Shown here piece after piece: positions 39,920 to 52,593 of a stretch of DNA of 64,000 bases (the first letter of the stretch is position 1; each line of letters opens with the position of its first letter). Below the pieces are notes generated by a model. It was not told the origin of the DNA and made no database searches. It saw nothing but the letters and a program-made list of their open reading frames with translations. The DNA lies in the NCBI GenBank assembly GCA_030264375.1, contig JASCQW010000109.1, positions 51,933,809 to 51,997,808 of the forward strand. The letters run 5' to 3'. The stretch comes from Carcharhinus longimanus (Eukaryota). The translations under genes and the position numbers were made by a program.

Positions 39920-40659
39920 CTGTCGGAGAAAGATTAAAAACAATAAGGCACAGACTATGTTAGAGGATTGAGCTAACCACTGATTTTCTGACCCTTGTTT
40001 CTGGGAATGCCCATATTGTCAGGCACTGGTTCAGGAAAATGGGGTGAAGCCCATTTCACAGAGTCATCTGCCCTGTTAGGTTGTCTTAAATTGGTGAAGC
40101 TTTCCGAAGAAGGGCAGAGACACTTAAATAGTTTCTCTTCCATGTGGCTGTCCTTGTATAACTGGTGGGACAACAGAAACACCTTGCGTTTTCAGAGATC
40201 TTACGAGCCTATGGAGCGTTCCACACATACACACAACTCACTGAACGGTCTCTCACTGTAGGAATGAGTCAATGGTTCATGAGGCCCCATGAATTGATTG
40301 AAGCTCTCACCACATTTGCAGCCCACTCACACTAATGTGCCCCATCATTTCGTGAGATATGGTAAGATGTGGCCTCCTGGACACATGCCAACCAATGGGA
40401 CCACAAGTTTCCTGCATTCAGTCAAAATAATCTACACAGTAATTCTCGTTCAAGTGTAAAATCTCTCAAAACATCTGGCTGCAATTGAACCTTGCGTATT
40501 GATCACCAGCAGCAGTCAATAGACCTTGACTAGAGGCCTCATGTGCTGCAAGTTGCTGTTTAATGCATACAGTACCCAACCACTGGTGAGCCACTACCAG
40601 TCAGTCCATGTTATAGGACCAGGACAGAGGCCTGGCATGCTTCAACTTGCAGAATGCTG

Positions 40660-41685
40660 AGGTGCTGAGGGATTTCGGTATTTCCATGTTTGAGTCATGA
40701 AAAGTTAACATTTAATCAAGAAAGTTAATGGAATACTATCCTTTATTATGAGAGGAATTGAACATAAAAATAAGGATGCTATGCTTCAGTTATACAGGAC
40801 ATTGGTGAGACCACATCTCAAATAGTATGTGCAGTTTTGGTCTCCTTTTTTAAGTAAGGATGCAAATGTATTGGAGAATACATTTGCTGCTCAGAGGAAA
40901 TTTATTACATTGAGACCTGCAATGAGCAGGTTGTCTTATGAGGATAGGTTTGAAAGGCTGGGCTTCCTTCCACTGGAGTTTGAAAGATTGAGGAGTGACT
41001 TGATTGAAGCATAGAAGATCCTGAACGGTATTCACAAGGTGGACATTGAAAAGATGTTTCTTTCTGTGGGTGATTTCAGGACAAGGGGATATTGCTTTAA
41101 AATTGGGGGTCACCTTATAGAACAGATGTGGAGAATGCTTTTCTCGCAAGGGGTTGTACCATTTAGGAACTCTCTGCCTCAGAAAGCAATGAAAGTGGGA
41201 CAAACGAATATTTTTGGGCGGCACAGTGGTTAACATTCTGCCTCAAAGCATCAAGTACCTGGGTTCAATTCCTGGCTTGGGTCATTGTACATGCGGAGTT
41301 TGTGCATTTTCCGCTATCGCATTGGTTTGCTCTGCGTGCTCAGGCTTCATCTCACAGTCCAAAGATTTGTGGGATAGGTGGATTGACCATGCTAAATTGC
41401 TCCTTAGTGTCAGGGGGACTACTAGATTAAATGCATAGGGTTATGGGGATAGAGCCTAGGTGGGATTGTGGTTGATGTAGACTTGATGGGCTGAATGACC
41501 ACCTCTGCACTGTACGATTCTATGATTTTTAAGGCAGAGGTAGATAGATTCTTGTTAGATAAGGGAATCAAAGGTTATTGGGTGTAGATGGGGAACTTGA
41601 CACAGATCAGCCATGATTTCATTGAATAGTGGAGCAAGCTCTGGAGACCGAATGGTCTACTTCTGCTCCTATCTTGTACATTCGC
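40660..41685 (+). mobile_element. CR1 3' part interrupted by an HE1-type SINE (41216-41527)
   Basis: Encodes QFWSP and RLRSDLIE; CR1 sequence resumes after the SINE tail at ttttaaggcagagg. Confidence 0.85.
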
Positions 41686-42504
41686 AGGACAGGAAATACT
41701 TGCAAACCTGGACTGGGCAGGAGCAGTTGCCCATGTGATGCTCTGTTTCATTTAGGAGAGGGTGCAGTAGGAAAAGAGATATACCTATTTATCTATTAAC
41801 AAAGAGTATTGGTACAGTAATCACACATCAAGTTAGTTTTGTCCTTTTGTATAAAAAATATCCAGAATTATCATTTATTTTATACACTTTTGCAAAATCC
41901 TTTGGCAGGACAACACATACTGTACAAAACTATTAAAATAAATAATTTGTTGCTCACATAATTGGATTACGCACACAAACATTTTTAATTGTCACCTATC
42001 TATTCTTCCTTGCTTTGAAAAGTCTTCTTGGCATGGAAAGCAACATCCTCACATCAAGGGAGGCTGGCAGAAAGCTGAAAGCATCTGACCAGGTGAAGTC
42101 AATAGAGAATAATCTCAGGCAGGTGGAGAAAGAATACTTGATTCAATCCTGACAAGTTCCTGACAGTTTAGTTCAATTCGAGACTGGTCACAATGACATC
42201 TGCGTGATTCACCAAATGTTTCACCAGGTCACGATGAAAAATAAGGGCATTTTCTCTTTCTCTTACAATCTACAGATGTAAGATCGAAGCTCAGAATTCC
42301 TTAATAACAATAGCTGTAGATTTGCTGACATTCACTCTTTTTGACCTGTGTGATGATCTGCAATATGCACCTTCAGGCGAATTTTTCAAATAAAAATCCT
42401 AACGCTAATCTCTCCTCATTAGGTAACCACCCACAGAAAACCAATGCAGCACACTGGCTTATTCAAAGACCTAAATTCTATAGCATTGCACATTTTGTTT
42501 TATA

Positions 42505-43010
42505 CAACCACAGAATCCCTATAGTGCAGAAGGAGGCCAGTCGGCCCATCAAGCCTGCACTAACAAATATCTCATCCAGGTCCTATCCCCAAAATCCCAT
42601 GTATTTACCCTGCTTATCACCCTGACATGAAGGAACAATTTACATTGCTGATCAACCTAACCAGCACATTCTTGGACTGTGGGAGGAAACTGAAGCAACC
42701 GGAGGAAACCCAAACTGGCATGGGGAGAACACGCAAACTCCACGCTTTCACTAAGGGGATAATATTAATCATCTTTATTAGGAACATAAGAACTAGGAGC
42801 AGGATTAGGCCATCTGACCCCTTGAGCCTGCTCCGCCATTCAATAAGATCATGGCTAATCTTTTTGTGGATTCAGCTCCACTTACAAGCCCACTCACTAT
42901 AATCCTTAATTCCTTTACTGTTCAAAAATGTATCTATCCTTGCCTTAAAAGCATTCAATAATGTAGCCTCAACTGCTTCACTGGGCAGGGAATTCCACAG
43001 ATTCACAATA
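42505..43010 (-). mobile_element. SINE fragment plus CR1 tail
   Basis: HE1-type reverse complement at 42505-42745 and a CR1 tail at 42780-43010. Confidence 0.8.
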
Positions 43011-43331
43011 ATTTTAATTATTTTCCAAAAATATAGCTTAGGCATCACAATAGTTAAAGTCATTCATTTGTCATCTATTCTGTGCTAATGTGACAGACAA
43101 TGTTATTTTGTTGTTTTAAAGACAGTAATATCATTAAAGGAATCTCGTCAGTAAACTCAGATTTTACCCAAGTACAATGTAGTCAGTAATCCAACTCCCT
43201 GTGCTATCTTCATTTAGCTTTCCCAGTCAAGTGCATACCTTGCCACATTACCACTGCTCACTTTACTCACTTTACTAAAGGAGTGTTACTGTATGAACTT
43301 TATAACATGTATTTCTACGATATGTACTTAC

Positions 43332-43436
43332 CCATGTTTTGGTTTCAATTGCTAGGTGTGCTAGGATTGTGAACAGGGACAGAGTGTTCATGGGTGTTCC
43401 AAACGTAAAGACATCAATATCAGAATCTCGATAAGT
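43332..43436 (-). CDS. ATP10B: ATP10B-like exon (TM8): [35 protein letters not shown]
   Basis: [11 protein letters not shown] matches ATP10B as recalled. Boundaries ttaaAG| and TGG|GTaagt; 105 nt, following an 88-nt intron. Confidence 0.94.
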
Positions 43437-43524
43437 CTTTAAAATAAAGTATTAAAAAATAGAATGAAGGGAAAATATAAACATGATCAAGGTTAACATT
43501 GAGTAAAATGACCGCAGTACTTAC

Positions 43525-43605
43525 AAAGTACGGAACAAAGAAGCAGACAAGGCTCTGATAAAAGGCATCCAGCATGGTGATCGAAAAAGTGCAGAGATTG
43601 GAGGC
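43525..43605 (-). CDS. ATP10B: ATP10B-like exon (TM7): ASNLCTFSITMLDAFYQSLVCFFVPYF
   Basis: ATP10 motif DAFYQSLVCFF. Boundaries cttcAG| and TTT|GTaagt; 81 nt. Not in the ORF track. Confidence 0.94.
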
Positions 43606-44064
43606 CTGAAGAGAAGTGACAAAAACAAGATTCTGATTGGTTGCCAGAAAGATTTGTACATTTTTTCCAAGCGTCTCTTGCTAATTTTTAATCATAAAAA
43701 ACTTCCCTCCCTTTACTTTGGCTGTTCTTTTAACACAATATCTTCACCAAGTTAGTACACGATCACATGTCCCAAAACACCTCAGAAAAGAACACTTAAG
43801 AAAATTGACAGACGTATAAGAATTGTCTGAGGTATATCTCTATCTGATATGTTTAATCCATTTGAGAGAGACCAATGTGGCACTCTTATGTCATATTCCA
43901 TTTACGAATTCATCATCATCTAACTTCCTAATTTAGAACAAGTTTTCAATTGAGAACTGAATGAAGTTTCAGGTAAATAAATATTGAAGCTTCTGGTGAG
44001 CAAGATAAAGAAAATTAATTTTAAGCATTCAAAAGTTGAACTACGGGATGAAAGAATTTAGGAT

Positions 44065-45585
44065 AAAGAGCAAAGAAAATTACAGCACAGGAACAGGCCC
44101 TTCGGTCCTCCAAACCTGCACTGACCATTCTGCCCGACTGAACTAAAACCCCCTATCCTTCCGGGGATCATATCCCTCCATTCCCATCCTATTCATGTAT
44201 TTGTAAAGATGCCCCTTAAAAGTCACTGTCATTTCTGCTTCCACTACCTCTCCCGGCAGCGAGTTCCAGGCACCGACTGCCCTCTGTGTAAAAAAAATTG
44301 CCTCGTACATCTCCTAAAGAACAATAACTGTCTTTTCACAACCTACACGATCAAATGTTTCATTAGCCTGGCTCAGTATTCTTAATGCCTATTACAGTTT
44401 AAAAGTTAGAAAAATCACTTTATAGCCAGCTCAAGAATGGAGAAACCAGCAGAAACCATGGCTAAGGTGTTAAACGAATACTCTGCCTCTCTCCTTATCA
44501 AGGAAGCAGACCATAGCAACAGAGGAGGAAACAGTCAGTAGAATTGTTCATAATTAATAAAGAGAAAATATTAGATAAACTATCGATACTTAACAGTTGA
44601 CAAGACACCAGGACCAAATGAAATGCTTCCAAGGGTATTGAAGGAAGTGAGAGTGGAAATCCCTGGACTCAGGGGAGGTGCCAGAGCAGAATTACAAACC
44701 ATGTGCCCTTGTTTAAAAAAGGCTGTAACAATAAGTTGAACAATTATAGACCAGTCTGTAATAGGGAAGCTTCTGGAAACAATTGTTTGAAATAGAGTGA
44801 ATAATCATGTGGAAAAATGTGGGTTGATTTTTTTTTAAGGGAAACGCATGCTAACTAACTTGCTAGAGTTTTTTTTGAAGAGATAACAGAAAGGTCATGA
44901 GGGTAATGCTGTTGATGTGGTATCCTTAGACTTTCAGGAGGCATTTGACTTGATGCCACACAATAGACTTGTAAGAAAAGTTATCGCTTATGATGGAAAA
45001 GAGACAGTAGGAGCATGGAGTATTCTGGACTTTATTAATATAGAGTACAAGAGCAAGGAGGTTATTGCAGAACTTGTATAAGACACAAGATAGCTGGAAT
45101 ATCATGTACAGTTTTGGGTGTCACATGCTAGAAAGAATGTGAATACATTGGTGGGAATGCAGAAGGGGGATGAGAGACTTTGGTTATACAAATGGATTGG
45201 GAGACTGGGATTGTTTCTTTTGGTGAGGAAAGGCCAAGAGGAATTTTAATGGATGTGTTTAAAATCATGAGGGGGCTGGACAGAGTAGATAGGGAGAAAC
45301 CGTTCCCGTTCACAAAAGGATCGAGAACGAGAGGGCACAGATTTAAAGTGATTTGTAAAAGAAATAAATGCAACGTGAGGAAGGAATTTTCACAGAGCAA
45401 ATGGTTTGCTCTGTGATGGCGACAGATTCAACTGAGGCATTCAAAAGGACATTAGACGATTACTTGAATAAAAAGGGTTAATGGGGAAAAGGCAGGAGAA
45501 TGGTACACAGTAATAATACTCATTTGGAGGGCAACTGCAGATATGATGGGCTGAATGGTTTCCTTCTGCACTGTAACAATTCTGA
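44065..45585. mobile_element. CR1 tail (-, 44065-44320) and decayed CR1 ORF2 (+, 44400-45585)
   Basis: Remnants include NYRPV, DF..AFD and FKIMRGLDRVDREK..RTRGHRFK. Confidence 0.8.
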
Positions 45586-45699
45586 GATTCGGGAAAGGCC
45601 AACCCCATGACTGCGATCACCGAGAATGATAAGGGCAGAAGATATGTCCCCTGCATCATCCCCTGCAAATTCACCAATCACTCACCATCCTGAACAATA

Positions 45700-45990
45700 G
45701 AACATAAAATCTCTACAGTGCAGAAGACAGCCATTCAGCCCATCGAGCCCACACCAACAACAATCCTACCCAAGTCCTATCCCATAACCCCACATATTTA
45801 TCCAGCTAATCTCCCTGACACTAGGGTCAATTTGACATGGCCAATCAACCTAATCCACACATCTTTGGACTGTAGGAGGAAACCCACGCAGATACAGAGA
45901 GAATGTGCAAGCTCTATACAGCCATCCCAAGCCGGAATTAAACCTGCGTCCCTGGCGCTCTGAGGAAGCAATGTTAACCACTGTGCCGCC
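45700..45990 (-). mobile_element. HE1/V-SINE-type SINE
   Basis: Reverse-complement copy. Confidence 0.85.
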
Positions 45991-46739
45991 CTCCATTCCT
46001 TCACTGTCACCAGGTCAAAATTCTGGAACTCCCTTTCTAATGGCATTGTGGAAATTCCTACAAGATACGGACTGCAGTGGCTTAGAGAGATTAGTGGGTA
46101 AAATATGTTTGGATATGAGGGTAGGGCCTGGGTGGGATTGTGGTCGGTGCAGACTCGATGGGCCAAATGGCCTCTTTCTGCACTGTAGGCTTTTTAATAT
46201 TCTATGAAGAGGATTTGCAGCTCTGGTTGACAATGGAGGCCACACTCTCCTCACGGTGACAGAGACGCCGGCCCACAATGCCATGCTCCAACAGAGCACG
46301 CTCAGTTGGGCGCAGGCCGCTATTTACAAACAAGGGTCGCTGCGTTAATAAAAAGCTGAAACCGGGCTCCCAGATTAGCGTCGGTGCGGAATTAACTCGA
46401 GTCAGAAGGCAGGGGATGGGATCATAACAGATGAAGACAACGCATATGGCAAACACAAAAGAAGCTGACAGAAATTGATAAAAACTTCATCCCGGGGCTG
46501 ACAGAGCATCAATCAATGCATTAAATCTCTCTCTCTGTGTGTGCGCTTCAGAACTCCACCAGGTCCTGCCAAACCATATTTATTGAGAAACGTGTGATTG
46601 GATGGACACTGTATTACCACCATTAATGATGCATCAGTCTCTTGAATTACAAGAAAAACAGTCAAATTGATTTTTTATTATACTTGGAGTTGCTCACATT
46701 TCATTCCCTTTCATCCACCACCCCCCACCTTCAGAGACT

Positions 46740-47090
46740 GGAGCGCGTGATCTAGGTTCGTGCTCCAATGCAGTACCGAGGGAGTGCCGCACGGCAGAGG
46801 GAGCGCCGCACCGCGGAGGAGTCTTTCAGACAAAGTGAGATCCCCCCAACCCCCTCCGCCCGTCCACCCCCAAAGCTCAATGTCAATGGACTCACGGCTC
46901 CATTCCAGCATAAATCAACATCACAAAAACAGATTAGCTGCTCATGATCACATCTTGGGAGCTTGCTGTGCATAATTGGCAGATGTGTCACCAACATTAC
47001 AACACTTCAAAATGTACTTCATTGACCAGAAAAGACTTTGGGCTGGGCCTGCAGTGGGGGTTAATAGTGCTGTACAAATACAAGCCCAAT
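46740..47090. mobile_element. Deu-domain SINE (SacSINE/AmnSINE-like) fragments; another copy at ~62410-62800 (-)
   Basis: tcacaaaaacagatt..gggagcttgctgtgcataattggc..caacattacaacacttcaaaa resembles the Deu core. The first ~130 bp look inverted relative to the rest. Confidence 0.6.
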
Positions 47091-47325
47091 TGTATTATCT
47101 ACAACTCGCACTGCAGCAATTCACCAAGGATCCTCAGACAACACCTTCCCCACAATCACTTCCATCGAGAAGGACAAGGGCAGCAGATACATGGGTACAC
47201 CACCACCTGCAAGTTCCCCTCCAAGCCACTCACCATCCTGACTTGGAAACATATCGCCGTTCCTTCACAGTCACTGGTTCAAAATCCTGGAATTCCCTCC
47301 CTAATGGTACATGAACTGCAGTGAT

Positions 47326-47429
47326 TCAAGAGGGCCGCTCGCCACCACCTTCTCAAGAGGGCCGCTCGCCACCACCTTCTCAAGAGGGCCGCTCGCCACC
47401 ACCTTCTCAAGAGGGCCGCTCGCCACCAC
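47326..47429. repeat. 27-bp perfect minisatellite running into a 605-nt gap
   Basis: Unit tcaagagggccgctcgccaccaccttc, about 3.9 copies. Confidence 0.95.
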
Positions 47430-48464
47430 NNNNNNNNNNNNNNNNNNNNNNNNNNNNNNNNNNNNNNNNNNNNNNNNNNNNNNNNNNNNNNNNNNNNNNN
47501 NNNNNNNNNNNNNNNNNNNNNNNNNNNNNNNNNNNNNNNNNNNNNNNNNNNNNNNNNNNNNNNNNNNNNNNNNNNNNNNNNNNNNNNNNNNNNNNNNNNN
47601 NNNNNNNNNNNNNNNNNNNNNNNNNNNNNNNNNNNNNNNNNNNNNNNNNNNNNNNNNNNNNNNNNNNNNNNNNNNNNNNNNNNNNNNNNNNNNNNNNNNN
47701 NNNNNNNNNNNNNNNNNNNNNNNNNNNNNNNNNNNNNNNNNNNNNNNNNNNNNNNNNNNNNNNNNNNNNNNNNNNNNNNNNNNNNNNNNNNNNNNNNNNN
47801 NNNNNNNNNNNNNNNNNNNNNNNNNNNNNNNNNNNNNNNNNNNNNNNNNNNNNNNNNNNNNNNNNNNNNNNNNNNNNNNNNNNNNNNNNNNNNNNNNNNN
47901 NNNNNNNNNNNNNNNNNNNNNNNNNNNNNNNNNNNNNNNNNNNNNNNNNNNNNNNNNNNNNNNNNNNNNNNNNNNNNNNNNNNNNNNNNNNNNNNNNNNN
48001 NNNNNNNNNNNNNNNNNNNNNNNNNNNNNNNNNNGGCCTGGGTGGGATTGTGGTCGGTGCAGACTCGATGGGCCAAATGGCCTCTTTCTGCACTGTAGGG
48101 TTTTTATGATTTCTTTCTATGAGAATCTTTTGTTAACCATTTTACCAGCTTGGCTTCCTTCTCTTCTAAGATGCACACAAGTATATGCATGCTAAACTTT
48201 CCTTTAAACTTTGTTTCCAAAATACCTCTTGTTTATTTTTTTAAATGAACAGTGCACACTTCAGCAGTAGGGATAGTTTATTTGGCAAAGTAATTCCACT
48301 ATAATTCTGTCAGTCTTTTATTTTCTTTACAATTGAAAAATGGCAGAACAACATTCAGGACTCAAAACTGATGAAATGGGTCACTGCTTGAGTCTCAGGG
48401 GCAGACCGATCTGGCGAATGTTTACTCATGTATTAGGCAATAAAACTGCAAGCATTAAATTTAC

Positions 48465-48665
48465 CATAGACTGCTGACTGCTTCCATATAATTCAGGGAA
48501 CTCCAAAAGCATTTCCGCAGAAATATCTTTGTCCAATATTCCGCACATTAGTGGAGGAAGGGAGGTGAAGAGAAGGTTGAAGAAAATCATCAGCCAGTAG
48601 TCAATCATTGTTGACCCAGTAAATCCACAGAAAAACTGATACCAGAACAGTAGATTCACATAGGC
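48465..48665 (-). CDS. ATP10B: ATP10B-like exon (TM5-6): [38 protein letters not shown]...[11 protein letters not shown]
   Basis: Conserved [15 protein letters not shown] and PELY motifs. Boundaries tcacAG| and ATG|GTaaat; 201 nt. Confidence 0.96.
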
Positions 48666-50384
48666 CTGTGAGTGAAGAAATAGAAAATAGGTTCAGAATC
48701 CAAATATCCCTGAGAAAATGGCTCAAAGTTATTGCAGTTTCAAATTATAATTTTATAGGAAATAGGGGAAGTGAAAGATGATGATGTTAATGCTCAGAGG
48801 GAGATAATAATGCTTGAAATAGAATATTGCCTAGTTTTATTGCATTGAATCCCAGCATCAAGGGCTCTTTCAAGATATGCTATGAGATAGATGCAAAGTG
48901 AAGTCCTCATTATTCTGTCCTAACAGTTTCGCTTCAATTCAAGCTCAATACACTTTGTGTATCACTCTACCATTTCCATTGCTAACATCATCATCTGGTT
49001 TGTAAAATTGTTCCAGCAGTTCCCAGACTGAGTATTATTCTAAATTGCATCAGAGTTGTCTTGGATTGTAGCCAACCACAATATTACATATGCCAATTTA
49101 ATATTTTCTTTTAGGTGAAGAAGGCCTTTGTGGAAAAATATTTAAGGCAGCCACAGAGTATGAACCCACTTGATTTATTTTTTGGATAATGTTGGGATAT
49201 GGAATAATGGCCTGGGCAAGTTCCTGAAGCTGTCTTGTCTGTTGTAAAACTAGTTGTGAGGCCACAACTTTATAAAAGTGAGAATTTAAATGTCCTGCAA
49301 CCATTATGCAAACAATCTGCTAATGGCCAGTGCCACTCGCTGCCTCATTTTAAGTACTTTGACTGTCTGAACGTGATTTTGAAATTCAACCAACTGGTAT
49401 TTTTAAATTTAAACTATAACATAAAGTTTTATTCTCAGATGCATTTATAATATTTAGGACAGAATTTTCCCATCCTAACACAAGAACATAAGAAATAGGA
49501 GCAGGAGTAGGCCATCTAGCCCTTCGAGCCTACCCCGCCATTCAATAANNNNNNNNNNNNNNNNNNNNNNNNNNNNNNNNNNNNNNNNNNNNNNNNNNNN
49601 NNNNNNNNNNNNNNNNNNNNNNNNNNNNNNNNNNNNNNNNNNNNNNNNCTGGTGGTGTTGAGATGGTGGCGCGGGCTCGTTGGGCCGAAGGGCCTGTTTC
49701 CCGGGCTGATTTTGTTCTTTGTATTATACATGAGAGAGAAAAATGAAACAATTTTGTCATAGGAATAATCAATTATTACTGATTTAACTCATCTTACATC
49801 TGTGGATCACCACCTTGTTACGGTGAAGAGAACTGTCTGCTCTGATGGCCACTTGAGCAATGCTGTAATGATCCCCTTGCTCCTTTGGGTGCACCCGTGC
49901 CACAAGTTTGGCAGGAGGGAGGTGCAGAAGAATGCAGTTGAAAAAGTCCTCGAAGGCAGAACAGACGAAGGAAGACTGTCGTTAATTGTGAACGTAAGAA
50001 GGTTGCAGTGGCAAGGTGGTCCTGATTCAACATGTCACTGAAACCTGACACCAACCCATGAAGACTGGGAACAATGAAGGTGCCCCAAATTAAACCAAGT
50101 CACATGCGGGCTTCTACGAGGGTGCATTTGCCAAGAACTGTGGTAATAGAGAATTGGCAACAGGACAGGGCTGCAAACCTGGGAGTTTCTAGTTAAGAAT
50201 CGGTACATATGTGACATATCCATGGAGGTTATTGGATACCTGTGTTGGGACACGGGTGTCTTTGGGCAGCATCACCTGTAACTGAACAGTCCTGCTTAGC
50301 CCAAATGGGGAGGGGTGTTGAAAAGGTGTTCTAAAACTAGACTGGCTGGCTGAAGAACTACACCCTAAGAGATCACCATTTTAA

Positions 50385-50915
50385 AAATTAATTTGTGTGA
50401 TATGGGCATCGCAAGCTAGGTCAACATTTATTGCCCATCCTTAGTTGCCATTTAGAAGGTGGTGGTGAGCTGCTTTCAACCACTGCAATCTCTGACGTAT
50501 AGGTACAACCACAGTGTTGTTAGGGAGGTTTTTCCAGGATTTTGACAGCGGAGTGAAGGAATGATGATGTATTGCCAAGGCAGGATAATTGACTTGGAGA
50601 GGAACCTCCAAGTGGTGATGCTCCCAGGAATTTGCTGCTCTTGTCCTTCTAGACAATGTGGTCATGGGTTTGGAAGGTGTTGCCAAAAGAACCGTGATGA
50701 GTTCCTGCACTGAATCTTCTAGATGGTACACATGGCTGCCACTGTTCATAGCTGGTTGATGGATTGAAACTTTGTGAAAGGGTTTGCAATAGGTGCTGTT
50801 AAGCTTCTGTTGTTGGAGCTGCCCTCATTCACGCAAATGGAGAGTATTCTATCACTCTCCTGACTTGTGCTTTGTAGATGGTGGGCAGGCTTTGGGGAGT
50901 CAGGAGATGAGATCT
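50385..50915 (-). mobile_element. L2/CR1-clade LINE 3' fragment (related pieces at 47105-47330 and 52720-53065)
   Basis: Tail gatgggcaataaatg and gcagctcaccaccaccttct on the minus strand. Confidence 0.75.
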
Positions 50916-51655
50916 CATATGAACGTAGGAACGGGAGTAAGCAATTCACCTCTTCAAACCCGTTCCACCATTAAACATGATCATGGCTGATCTTATCTTG
51001 GCCTCAACTCCACTTTCCTACCTGTTCCCCATAACTCTTTATCCTGCTTTTCATCAGAAATGTATCTATCCCTTTCTTGAATCTATTGGTTGATTCTGCC
51101 TCCACCACATTCTAGGGCCGTGAGTTCCACAGATTCACAACCTTCTGAGAGAAGTAGTTTCACCTCATCTCAGTTTTGAACCTACCTCCTCTCACATACC
51201 ACATGATTTATAGTCTTACATAAGAACATAAGAAATAGGAGCAGGAGGAGGCCATCTAGCCCTGCCCCGCCCTGCCATTCAATAAGATCATGGCTGATCT
51301 GAAGTGGATCAGTTCCACTTTCCTGCTTTCTCCCCATAACTCTTAATTCCCCTGTCTATCAGAAACCTACCCACCCGTGACTTAAATATATTCAGTGAGA
51401 TAGCGGGCGGGACATGGACCATGCACAGGTCCGTTGACCTCTGGAGGGATTTTCCGGCCTTGGAGAAAGCCAGCCGGAGAGTCCCGCCCAGAGTTTGAGA
51501 TTGAACCTATCAGTACAGCTGCGGAATTGAAGACAAAAAACATGCATGCTTAGATTAATGTTATCAATGGCCTAATGATGTGTACAGAGTACAAAACAGC
51601 TGGACATCAGCCAGATCAGTCTAGTACCTCGACAGCAAAAGCTTTATCCACTTAC

Positions 51656-51781
51656 CACATTCTTATAAAAGAAGTAAGTGATCATGTTGGCCAATCGAGT
51701 GTAGCACCAGTGACCATGTACCAGAAGCAGCTTTTTTAGGTGTTTGAAGTGAGGGATTGCAAAATCACTGGCCATCACAGC
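51656..51781 (-). CDS. ATP10B: ATP10B-like exon: [42 protein letters not shown]
   Basis: Has the P4-ATPase LLLVHGHW and FYKN (TM5) motifs. Boundaries cggtAG| and GTG|GTaag; 126 nt. Confidence 0.96.
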
Positions 51782-51829
51782 CTACCGACAGAGAATACAA
51801 GTGGAAACTTCAGAATTTGTTAGATACAA

Positions 51830-52320
51830 TGCAGAATTACATAGCTCACACAGCCGAGACAGGCTATTCAATACTGCCAGTCCTTGCCAGTGTAAATGCT
51901 CCACTGGAGCCTCTTCCTATCCTTCTATGAACTCCATCGACAGAACTCTGCATTCTCTTCTTCGTGCCTTAAATGTATTATACCTTCACCTCAGCCACTC
52001 CTTGTGCAGTGAGCTTCATATTCTTACTATGCTCCAGGTGAAGAAAATTTATCTTTATCTTCCTATGTGATTTCTTGATGACTATCTTATATTGATCATC
52101 TCTAGTTTTGCTTTTCCTCAAAAGGGGAAACCTTTTAGCTTGGTCTACTCTATCAGAACATTTCATAATTTTAAAGATCCCTATTAGGTCACCCCTCAGC
52201 CTTTGCTTTTCAAGGGAGAGACAGCCTGTTCATCCTTTCTTCATAGGTATAACCTCTCATTTCTGGTATCATCCTTGTCAATCTTTTTAAACCTTCTCCA
52301 GCACATCTATATCCTTTGTA
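51830..52320 (-). mobile_element. Decayed CR1 3' fragment in an intron
   Basis: Remnants of RLRGDL..FKIMK..DRVD and KTR. Confidence 0.7.
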
Positions 52321-52516
52321 AATATCTAACTGACCGATGAAAAGTACTCTAATATGTTATGAAATTAGGGCAACTCAGTATGAATGCATATTAGTTTTGG
52401 TAGGTTTTCCTACCATGTTATGGAGGTGGAAGGATGATATGCTAGTCCACTGTATGAACCGCTCTTTCAGCAGTATCCATTTTTTATCAGATTAGCACAG
52501 AAAGGAAACCCTGTAC

Positions 52517-52593
52517 CTGCATTCCTTCTTGACCAAAGATTCCAATGCCCACATCAGCAGCCTGGATCATGCTGACATCATTGGCCCCATCAC
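52517..52593 (-). CDS. ATP10B: ATP10B-like exon: (G)[25 protein letters not shown]
   Basis: Completes the GDGAND P-type ATPase hinge motif. Boundaries ttgcAG| and CAG|GTacag; 77 nt, phase matches the upstream exon. Not in the ORF track. Confidence 0.96.

Noticed and set aside
43951-43962. tgagaactgaat matches the first 12 nt of miR-146, whose gene lies near ATP10B in mammals
   Set aside because: The rest of the mature sequence (tccatgggtt) and a complementary star arm are absent. No miR-146 hairpin was found elsewhere by eye.
47279-48195. Long ORFs of 228-294 aa in the ORF track
   Set aside because: They consist of N runs and a 27-bp tandem repeat.
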